Source of the DNA: Dehalococcoidia bacterium
GTDB lineage: Bacteria > Chloroflexota > Dehalococcoidia > Dehalococcoidales > Fen-1064
Direction: 5' to 3'
Assembly: GCA_011170375.1 (NCBI GenBank)
Contig: DUEV01000014.1
Location: forward strand, 25,712 to 89,711
Length of the DNA stretch: 64,000 nucleotides
This document shows, piece by piece, positions 51,184 through 59,380 of the stretch. Below the pieces are notes generated by a model, which was given only the letters and a program-made list of their open reading frames with translations, ran no database searches and had not been told where the DNA came from. Every line of letters starts with the position of its first letter. Position 1 is the first letter of the stretch. The position numbers were made by a program, and so were the translations under genes.

Positions 51184-51465
51184 CTACCAGCTGCCCACTT
51201 CTATAAGCTTGAATACCATTTGTTTCATTTTACAATGAGCGGCACACCAATTCAAAATGGGTAGCCTGGCTCCAATGTAAAAACAGCTTCCCATCTTATC
51301 ATTTTCCGCAGGCTACACACATTGCCTAAGCACAGAATCAGCCACGTATACTCAGCAGAATGAGTCGGCTGGCGGATGAACGTTCTCCTCGCTGATGCTA
51401 GTCTGTATCTAGTGGGAGAAATGCTCAACATAGTCCTGCTTCTTGATGGCCCAGGTGCTTGACTA

Positions 51466-51732
51466 ATGTATAAACAACCGGAAGAAAATTCGAGAGCCCT
51501 GTCGGGAGGCGAAGCTATTCTGGAAATACTGGCCAGGGCAGCTGACGACCAGAAGTTTCTAGCGCGGTTGGCAGAGAACCCGCACAAAGTACTCGGGGAG
51601 TATAACCTCACCCTGGAAGAGAGAGCGGCTTTGGCCAGGGGTGATGTTATAAAAATTGAGGCGTGGGTAGGACAGCTGGACGAACGACTAAGAACCTGGT
51701 TCAAGGTGAGACTAACACAGGAAAGGTGGTGA
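51466..51732 (+). CDS. Small helical protein, NHLP-leader/Os1348-like
   Basis: ILARAADDQKFLARLAENP..VL.EY.LT.EE.AAL pattern. Confidence 0.65.
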   Translation: MYKQPEENSRALSGGEAILEILARAADDQKFLARLAENPHKVLGEYNLTLEERAALARGDVIKIEAWVGQLDERLRTWFKVRLTQERW

Positions 51733-51738
51733 GCGTTC

Positions 51739-51948
51739 ATGTTCTGGCTGAAAGCATGTCCCAGATGTAAAGGTGACCTGTATTTGGACATTAATTCACG
51801 TGGGAAAGATATAGTGTGTCTTCAATGTGGTTACAGAAGATATATCCTCACACCAGGTGAGCATCGGCCAGTAAGAGGTTACAGGTATACTCAGCGTATG
51901 CCCCGTTATCAAGAGCCGACTAAAGGTAGAGTACCTATAACACTATGA
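51739..51948 (+). CDS. Small Zn-ribbon protein
   Basis: CPRCKGDL...CLQCG; GAAAGGTGG-like RBS. Confidence 0.7.
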   Translation: MFWLKACPRCKGDLYLDINSRGKDIVCLQCGYRRYILTPGEHRPVRGYRYTQRMPRYQEPTKGRVPITL

Positions 51949-52090
51949 GCATAACAAGAAATAGAATGGAATCTGGATTACTAAGCAAATCCGGCCACTT
52001 TGGATGATTATAAGCTGGCCAAAGCCGTGCTTCATCGTGTCAAGACACTACTGCTGATAAAGACTAGATAGACTAGACAGGAAGCGAGAC

Positions 52091-53005
52091 ATGTATAAGA
52101 GAATGCTTGTTCCTCTTGAGGGCTCCAAATTAGCCGAGTCTGCCATCACCTACGCGGCCGACTTCGCCGGTAGACTTGATCTGGATGTAGTATTACTACA
52201 CGTCTGTCGGCCGATATTACGAGAGTATGCACCCATGCGTCGGATGTATATTGAGCATGCCGCTGAGGTTACAGGTCAGAAGATTAAGCATGTCCAGGAA
52301 AAGTTGGGTGGAGGCAAGGAGGTGAAAGCGGTTGAGATACGAGGCGAACTGGTAATTGGCTATCCTGCAGAAGAAATTCTTCGGTACGCCGATGAAAATA
52401 AGGCCGACATCATTCTGATGACCACCCACGGCTATTCGGGCCTTTTGCGCTGGGCTATGGGTAGTGTGGCCGATAAGGTCCTTCGCGCCTCAAGGGTACC
52501 GGTATTTCTGGCTCGCGTTGACAGCACTGAGGAAATCACCGATACAAGGTGGTTGCCCAGAATAATTATAGTACCGCTGGACGGTTCGGAGCTGGCCGAG
52601 GCGGTACTCCCCCATGTCGAGACGCTTGCCAGACAACGTGGTGCAGAGCTCGAGGAGATTGTCCTGCTCAAGGTATGTGAATACCCCTTTGTTGCGGTTG
52701 AATATCCGGAGGATGATGGGACAAGATACATCAACTGGGCAATCGAGCAATGCAAGAATGTATCCAAGGAGTATTTGACCAGAGTGAAGAAGCGTCTCGA
52801 GGACACCGGCCTGAAGATAAGTATAGAGGTTCTTATGGGTAACACTGCCGATGAAATTATCGATTATACTAAGCAAAATCCCTGTAATCTTATCGTCATG
52901 TCCACTCATGGTCGCTCCGGAGTTGGTCGGTGGGTATTCGGTAGCGTAGCCAATAAGATCCTGCACGGTGTGTCCAACCCTGTGTTTCTGGTGCGAGCTG
53001 GTTAA
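52091..53005 (+). CDS. Universal stress protein (tandem USP domains)
   Basis: Two VPL(E/D)GS...THG.SG..RW..GSVA.K.L repeats. Confidence 0.93.
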   Translation: MYKRMLVPLEGSKLAESAITYAADFAGRLDLDVVLLHVCRPILREYAPMRRMYIEHAAEVTGQKIKHVQEKLGGGKEVKAVEIRGELVIGYPAEEILRYADENKADIILMTTHGYSGLLRWAMGSVADKVLRASRVPVFLARVDSTEEITDTRWLPRIIIVPLDGSELAEAVLPHVETLARQRGAELEEIVLLKVCEYPFVAVEYPEDDGTRYINWAIEQCKNVSKEYLTRVKKRLEDTGLKISIEVLMGNTADEIIDYTKQNPCNLIVMSTHGRSGVGRWVFGSVANKILHGVSNPVFLVRAG

Positions 53006-53053
53006 CGCCATACGGTATCGATAAAAATGGGAAATATACTCGGAGGTCAAAAT

Positions 53054-53971
53054 ATGGATAAGAACATACTTGTCCCTTTGGATGGTTCCGAACTGGCGGA
53101 AGTAGCACTACCCTATGCTGAAGAGCTGGCGGTTAGGCTCGGCATCGGTATTAAGTTACTCAGAGTGGTTACTCTGCCCGTGTACTCAGAACCGACGGGA
53201 GGAGTCTATGCGGTAGAGCAAGAAATTGCCTTGAGGTCAGGTGCCAAGGACTATCTGGAGAAGGTTAGCCATAGCCTAGAAGCAAAAGGGATTGCTGTTC
53301 AACCTGATATAAAATACAACGCGGCTGCTGAAGGAATCGTAGACTACGCTGCAAGGGATGAAATCGGTCTGGTTGTCGTGGCAACTCACGGGCGCTCAGG
53401 TGTAATGCGCTGGGCCCTAGGAAGTGTTGCCGATAGAGTACTAAGAGGTACAGAGAAACCAGTTATGCTTATCAGGGCTATAGGACAACATCCTGCAGCA
53501 CCCGAACAAGGAATTATAAAGAAGATTCTGGTTCCTCTGGACGGCTCCCCGGAAAGTGAAGCTGTAATTCCACACGTGGCGTGGCTGGCTTCTGGTCTGG
53601 GAGCAGATGTGATTCTCTTCCAGGCACTAGCGGGTGGTTACCACACCATCACTGCCAAGGGTTATGAATATACCGTATACCCCGAGCAACAGCTGGCATC
53701 CGATAAGGCATTCGCTGAAGACTACCTTACACGTGTTGGAAAGCAATTTAAAGAGAAGGGCGCGAAACCGGGAGCTGAAGTCAGGCCAGGTGATGCCGCC
53801 GAAGAGATTATCGAGTTTGCGGATGAGGTCAGGGCTGATATGGTAGCCATGTCCACCCACGGACGTTCGGGTGTGGGCCGCTGGATTTTTGGCAGCGTTG
53901 CTGAGAAGGTCCTGCATGAGGGCAACAATCCATTGCTTCTGGTGAGGTCCCCTGGTGCCAAGACGAGGTAG
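53054..53971 (+). CDS. Universal stress protein (tandem USP domains)
   Basis: ILVPLDGS and THGRSG..GSVA twice; ATG 53054 after GGAGG. Confidence 0.93.
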   Translation: MDKNILVPLDGSELAEVALPYAEELAVRLGIGIKLLRVVTLPVYSEPTGGVYAVEQEIALRSGAKDYLEKVSHSLEAKGIAVQPDIKYNAAAEGIVDYAARDEIGLVVVATHGRSGVMRWALGSVADRVLRGTEKPVMLIRAIGQHPAAPEQGIIKKILVPLDGSPESEAVIPHVAWLASGLGADVILFQALAGGYHTITAKGYEYTVYPEQQLASDKAFAEDYLTRVGKQFKEKGAKPGAEVRPGDAAEEIIEFADEVRADMVAMSTHGRSGVGRWIFGSVAEKVLHEGNNPLLLVRSPGAKTR

Positions 53972-54236
53972 ATGTTACGAAAAAGACGCCTAGCCTAATA
54001 CTGTGTATTGATAAGAGGTATATCTCTAGGACAATACCTGAGAACCGATAGCCCAAAATAGCGAGAAAAAGGGACATCTAGTATTAGAAAGAAAGGAACC
54101 TTTAAGGAGATTGGTTCTCTGGCAGCCATTCAGGGGACTGGATGAAATGCCATGGAAGGGAAAAATAGACGGCTCCATAGTGTACCCCGCATTATATGAT
54201 AGACTCAGGTATTCCAGTGGATGAGGAGACACAGGT

Positions 54237-55355
54237 ATGGAAGAGCTGAAAGCCCGCAGTCTGGAGCAATACCTCCATGATAGCCTGGGGGGCGTAATCA
54301 AACTGAAAAGGGTGGGGGAGATTGGCTCGCTCGATGAGCAAGCAATGAAGCAGTTTGGTTACGGCAGGTCGCTGAAAGTAAACTACGAAAGAGATGGTAA
54401 GGAGGAGCAGGCCGTATTCTCGGTGATGCGCGGGGACAGGTACGGACACCAGTTCTACTGGGACCGGGCAGCGATAATGATGTTTGAGTACGATTCCAGT
54501 GCCAGGATGGAAAAGCACATCAGGCCGCTGGGACTGGGGTACATCGACGAGGATGGCCAACTTGTGCCGGTGAAGAAACCGAAGGAATTCTTCATCGTCA
54601 ACGAGATGGCTGCTGGTGAGCCGTACTCCGTAGACCTGGAAAGGATTCGCGGGGGTGACTTTCGCCCGAGCGACCTGGAGCGTGTGCGGGAATTCTCACG
54701 ATGGCTGGCCAGGGTGCACTCTCAGAGGTTTGATAAACCGGATATCTACTTACGGTGTGTGCGTCAGCTTATCGGTGATTCCGAATGTATCTGGGGACTG
54801 ATTGATTCCTACCCTCATCCGTATGAGTATTTCTCACCGGACAGATTCCAGAAACTGGAGAAGGAATTAGTTGACTGGCGCTGGAAACTGCAGAAGTACA
54901 CGCATCGCCTCTCTGTCACGCACGGAGATTTCCACCCCTGGAATGTGCTGGTCAGGCCGGATGAAGACTTCTCGGTACTGGACCGCAGTCGGGGTGAATG
55001 GGGTGAACCTGCGGATGATGTCGCCACGATGAGCTGTAATTTCCTTCTTTACGGACTTTATCATAGTCCCCATTTTAGCGGGGCCTTTAAAGAGATGTAC
55101 CTGTCCTTCTGGGAAGAGTACCTGGAGAGGACGGGTGATACGGAGATACTTGAGGTCATCGCTCCCTTCTATGTTTTTCGTGGCCTGGTCATCGCTAATC
55201 CAGAGTGGTATCCAGACCATCCTCTTCACGTACGTCAGGGACTGCTCCAGTTTGTGGAGAACGTGCTTTCCGAGGAGAGTTTCGATTACAGGAACATAGA
55301 TAAATATCTGGATTATTCATTCGTGCATTCTGGCCATGAAGAACGAGACAGGTAG
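54237..55355 (+). CDS. Aminoglycoside phosphotransferase (APH/choline kinase)-like protein
   Basis: LARVHS, THGDFHPWNVL, LDRSRGEWGEPADD. Confidence 0.85.
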   Translation: MEELKARSLEQYLHDSLGGVIKLKRVGEIGSLDEQAMKQFGYGRSLKVNYERDGKEEQAVFSVMRGDRYGHQFYWDRAAIMMFEYDSSARMEKHIRPLGLGYIDEDGQLVPVKKPKEFFIVNEMAAGEPYSVDLERIRGGDFRPSDLERVREFSRWLARVHSQRFDKPDIYLRCVRQLIGDSECIWGLIDSYPHPYEYFSPDRFQKLEKELVDWRWKLQKYTHRLSVTHGDFHPWNVLVRPDEDFSVLDRSRGEWGEPADDVATMSCNFLLYGLYHSPHFSGAFKEMYLSFWEEYLERTGDTEILEVIAPFYVFRGLVIANPEWYPDHPLHVRQGLLQFVENVLSEESFDYRNIDKYLDYSFVHSGHEERDR

Positions 55356-55926
55356 CCCCGGCTGGGTAATATGGTTCGTGGGATTGCCCGGCTCCGGAAA
55401 GAGCACTTATGCACAGGCTGTATATGGCGCGCTGAAAGACAGAGGCAAGAGGGTCCAATATCTCTCTATGGATGAACGACGTCGGGTCTACGTGCCGGAG
55501 CCTAACTACACCAGTCAGGAGCGCAATCAGGTCTACAGACTATTTGCAGAGGAAGCAGCGCGAATCGCCGGCCAGGGTACTAATGTAATCATGGATGGAA
55601 CCGCACCTGAACTATCTATGCGGGAATATGCCCGGGGACTGGTGGAGCGTTTTGCGGAGATATACGTTAGCTGTACTATCGAGACGGCCGTACATCGCGA
55701 AACCAACCGCCCACAAGGTCTGGTTATGGCAGAACTGTACCAGAAGGCAATCAAACGTCAGCAAACCGGAGAGTATTTCGAAGGGCTGGGGGATGTAATC
55801 GGAGTTGATACACCTTTTGAAGAGAATCCTGCGGCTGAATGTGTGATTGACAGCAATAGTGTGAGCGTTGAACAAGGGCGGGACCTCGTTCTTGAATTCC
55901 TAGATTCATGGCAAAGTGTTAAGTAG
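55336..55926 (+). CDS. P-loop kinase (adenylyl-sulfate kinase/AAA_33-like)
   Basis: IWFVGLPGSGKST, VIMDGT, EIYVSC, GVDTPFEE; overlaps the APH gene. Confidence 0.82.
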   Translation: MKNETGSPGWVIWFVGLPGSGKSTYAQAVYGALKDRGKRVQYLSMDERRRVYVPEPNYTSQERNQVYRLFAEEAARIAGQGTNVIMDGTAPELSMREYARGLVERFAEIYVSCTIETAVHRETNRPQGLVMAELYQKAIKRQQTGEYFEGLGDVIGVDTPFEENPAAECVIDSNSVSVEQGRDLVLEFLDSWQSVK

Positions 55927-55979
55927 CCAATCTACCTCACGCAAGGCTGCCGATGTCTCATTGGCAACTCCAGTCGCCA

Positions 55980-56183
55980 TTATCTTCTCCCTCTTTGCAA
56001 TATCGGTGAAGGCAGGGGCTCCCATCTGGCCTTGCTGTCGTGGTGGCTAGACTCGTTTTCTCGCTCTAGCTCAATAATATGACCACACTGCAGACAGTAC
56101 AGATACCAGTCATATTCCTCCCGGGCGAAAAACAGATTGCCACCACAGCGCGGGCAGCTATTTTGCTTATGAGTCATTGCCAA
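55980..56183 (-). CDS. Small Zn-ribbon protein
   Basis: CPRCGGNL...CLQCG; AAGGAGG RBS. Confidence 0.72.
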   Translation of the reverse strand: MAMTHKQNSCPRCGGNLFFAREEYDWYLYCLQCGHIIELERENESSHHDSKARWEPLPSPILQRGRR

Positions 56184-56216
56184 CCCTCCTTACAATTTCT
56201 ATGAGGTTCTATGAGG

Positions 56217-57659
56217 TCAGCTATCATCAAAGAAAGGAGGACTCCGGCTCGCTTCAGTACATTGATATGCCCAGGGTACAACTACTGGTTTTAGTGACGG
56301 TGTCAACATAGCCTCCAACTGAGGTGGGAGAGGAGGTATTACTGATTCCACCCTGTTCTTCAGGCTGGCCCAGAGCAAGACAGGCCTACCTAAGAGAAGC
56401 TCGAAAGTACCCACCCTCTGTACGCGCCGTACTTCTGAAATCTTACGGAGCAGGGAGAAAACTATCAGCCCTCTCAGCAAACCTGATATCAGGAAAAGGG
56501 TAAGGAGATTACTGCCATTGAAATCTGGCAGCCGTGGTGCCAAATACCCACCAGCCAAGGCACCCAGGCACATAGCGACTCCGTTGGTAGCGTTGAATAT
56601 GGCGATAGACTGCGTCCGGCTCTCCCGGGAAGAGGCATCGTACAGGAAATTGGCACTGGCCAGGTTGAAGCCAGACCAGGCAAACCCCGCCACTACCTGT
56701 ATGGGCATCAGGTAGTATACCTCCCGACTTACCAGCCAGATTAAGGGACATAGGGGAATGATACAGGAGGTAACTTTTATGACCTTAATGTTACCAGCCC
56801 TATCAGCTCGCCTGCCCCAGATGGTCAAGAAAATAGTCGCGGTGATAGTGGATGTGGCATTAATCGCAACATATGTAAGATAGTCAAATTTCAGATCACG
56901 CAGCATGTAGACAGCAAAGAATGGGCCAGCCAGACAGGTAGCGAAGTTTACCAGAGATACAAATACTATAAACCTGCCGAGGTTTGAAGACCTCATCTTC
57001 CTCATAGCAATCAGCAGACCACCTCTGTTTGTCTGTGTCTTGCTTAGTGGTGGTTCATACATTCTGGAGAGGAAATACCACGAGGACAGTCGGGACAGGG
57101 TAGCGCCACCGAAGATGACGGAGAAACCAAGAAACGGATTACCGGTGGTCCATTGCAGAATGCCACCGGCAGCGAAGGAGACGATCAGCATCACGAAGTC
57201 GCAGATTCGACCTCTGAGGCCAAAATATCTCCCTCTTCTGTTTTCCGGAACCAGGTCCGCCATCATACTGCCCCAGGCCGGATTGGCCAGTGAGCCAAAG
57301 ACGGCAGTGAGTGTCATAAATCCAATCAACCACCATACCTTGTCTCCCGGAAACAGGTAAGGCACAAGCAGGACGGGTATCCACATCAGGGCATGCATCA
57401 ATACCACTGCCAGAATGAAGCGCTTACGACTACCAGCCCTTTCCGTTAAACGAGGGGCGAACAACTGAGAGAGGGCCATGGTCAGGCTCGGGATGCTAGA
57501 CAGCAGCCCGACCTGTGCAGTGGTAGCCTTGAGCGCCAGGGCGAATGGTATGATATAGCTCTGAGTCAAGCCGAGCATAGCTGAATGGGAAGCGCCGTCC
57601 AGCAGACTGGTCTTCAGCGTTTTTCTTATTATGTCCTGTCGTGGATTGGTGGTTACCAT
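56217..57659 (-). CDS. MFS transporter
   Basis: About 12 TM; WGSMMADLVP..RGRYFG, WGRRADRAG. Confidence 0.9.
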   Translation of the reverse strand: MVTTNPRQDIIRKTLKTSLLDGASHSAMLGLTQSYIIPFALALKATTAQVGLLSSIPSLTMALSQLFAPRLTERAGSRKRFILAVVLMHALMWIPVLLVPYLFPGDKVWWLIGFMTLTAVFGSLANPAWGSMMADLVPENRRGRYFGLRGRICDFVMLIVSFAAGGILQWTTGNPFLGFSVIFGGATLSRLSSWYFLSRMYEPPLSKTQTNRGGLLIAMRKMRSSNLGRFIVFVSLVNFATCLAGPFFAVYMLRDLKFDYLTYVAINATSTITATIFLTIWGRRADRAGNIKVIKVTSCIIPLCPLIWLVSREVYYLMPIQVVAGFAWSGFNLASANFLYDASSRESRTQSIAIFNATNGVAMCLGALAGGYLAPRLPDFNGSNLLTLFLISGLLRGLIVFSLLRKISEVRRVQRVGTFELLLGRPVLLWASLKNRVESVIPPLPPQLEAMLTPSLKPVVVPWAYQCTEASRSPPFFDDS

Positions 57660-57680
57660 TATCTTTATTCTCTGTCACTG

Positions 57681-57727
57681 AAAAAATTACGGAAGAGTCA
57701 TGCCAGATTCCTGGCTAACTCTCCCGT
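57681..57727 (-). terminator. Intrinsic terminator just upstream of the MFS gene
   Basis: ACGGGAGAGTTAGCCAG-GAAT-CTGGCATGACTCTTCCGT followed by AATTTTTT. Confidence 0.7.
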
Positions 57728-57805
57728 TCCTGCTACAGGGGTCACAGAAGGATTAACGTTTCCCCCCGTAATAACTGGGCCTCTGTCCTCGGGTCGGGCG
57801 TGTTG

Positions 57806-58126
57806 TTATTTACTTTGCAGAAATGACCGTCGGTCGGCTACATAAGCCCTTCCTTCTTTGTCGATATATCCTTCATAGAGCAACATGTCGGGGTGTCTCT
57901 CAAGGTCAAAGAGAGCGGTGATATCTATCTTCTGCTGCTGCGCTTTTGTTGGACTGTAGATCCGGTAACGCTTCACTTTCTTATCATCATTGACCACACC
58001 CTCGAACTCGAAGCACCGCAGGTTTTCCAGATATTCCGGTAACACCCCAAACCTTCGCCTCATGAAGTCGTGGATTGGCCTGGGTAACTTTCTGGAATGA
58101 CCATTACGTCCAATATGAAGATTCAT
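57806..58126 (-). CDS. Hypothetical protein
   Basis: GGAGG + ATG 58126; RIYSP...LE.HP..LLYEGYID pattern; no function recognised. Confidence 0.7.
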   Translation of the reverse strand: MNLHIGRNGHSRKLPRPIHDFMRRRFGVLPEYLENLRCFEFEGVVNDDKKVKRYRIYSPTKAQQQKIDITALFDLERHPDMLLYEGYIDKEGRAYVADRRSFLQSK

Positions 58127-58455
58127 CAGGCTACCTCCAAGGCATGCTTCCAGAGCATTTGCCAAACCCCAAGTGTACCAATGTGAGGTATTAGCGTAAT
58201 TTCCTCAAGGCAGATACCACTAAATAATTACCCTAACCGAACTTACTCAATAAACTGACAGACATGCCAGCTTGCATTTAATACCCAATTTATGGTATAA
58301 AGACAGTAGCTTAATGCACGAAATATTAATCATGTCCTTTATATCCTGATAGCGTATACATGAATAAAATAACATGGTTTAATCTTCCTGTCAATAGTAC
58401 TATCAGGCTATTTTGAGAGATTTTTAGATATTATTAAGGTGGGAGGTGCTTTACC

Positions 58456-58794
58456 ATGTCGGAGTGGACATTCCTGACGAATCATGCCCTCGTTCTCAGC
58501 TACCTGGCAAAGCATCCGAGCATAACAGCACGAGAAATCTCTATAGACATCGGCATCACCGAAAGGGCGATACGCAAGATAATTGCTGACTTAGACGAAG
58601 CCGGATACATCAGCAAGCGGAAGGTCGGCCGGGGAACAAGGTACAGAATAAACCCCGACATGTCTCTTCGCAGCGATACCCATGATAATATCGCCATTGG
58701 CGATTTTCTAGGGGCTTTGGGCTGGAAGAGAAGGCGGCGACGCTCAGGGACTGAAAAGAGTGGCAGTGGTGATACCGTAACAAGCACGACTTAG
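58456..58794 (+). CDS. Winged-helix (MarR/AsnC-like) transcriptional regulator
   Basis: WTFLTNHA, REIS..IGITERA..KII.DL..AGYI, GR...Y; GGAGG RBS. Confidence 0.88.
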   Translation: MSEWTFLTNHALVLSYLAKHPSITAREISIDIGITERAIRKIIADLDEAGYISKRKVGRGTRYRINPDMSLRSDTHDNIAIGDFLGALGWKRRRRRSGTEKSGSGDTVTSTT

Positions 58795-59048
58795 TTCACT
58801 ATAATCATCATTTCGAGCTTGTTGTTCCGAGTATCGGGCTGGTGGCCAACAGTCTTTTATCTATCTAAACCGTCACCTGTTATGGCTCAGGCGAAACCAT
58901 AATGGGAATGGGTATTTTAATGACCTTGGCTGAACACTCGAGACAGATGTCGAAAATTCTTACGACCTGCCCTGTTCTTTAATCTTGAGAATAGGAGAAG
59001 CGTAAACTGTGTACCCGATGATGTAAGAGAACTGACGCTTACAAGCTC

Positions 59049-59077
59049 TTGACACAGCAGCATCTTAGGAGTATATT
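59049..59077 (+). promoter_or_regulatory. Sigma70-type promoter of the ABC transporter operon
   Basis: TTGACA-17 nt-TATATT. Confidence 0.55.
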
Positions 59078-59380
59078 TCCTCTAGAAATTGTTTGCCAAA
59101 GAATAGCGGCAAGAATATACAATACAAGAGTCAACAATCAGCATAGAAAGACAAGCGATTCCTTAATAATAGTTATCGCCTTATACGTCCGAGGGAGTTT
59201 TTGAAACCAGAGTTACTCACTCGTTTAGTCGGCAAAAAATGGCACAATATTGAATAAAACATGAAACACATAGAAGGAGGTGCTTGCCTTTGTAGAGAAT
59301 GGGTTCCGAGAGCAGGTGATGATGGGTGGCAGGTCTTGGATAGGTAGAGTATTACTATCAACTGTGCAAAGGAGGTCATA

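Noticed and set aside
54237-55355. Aminoglycoside resistance gene
   Set aside because: Only the generic APH/choline-kinase motifs; context suggests a stress or metabolic role
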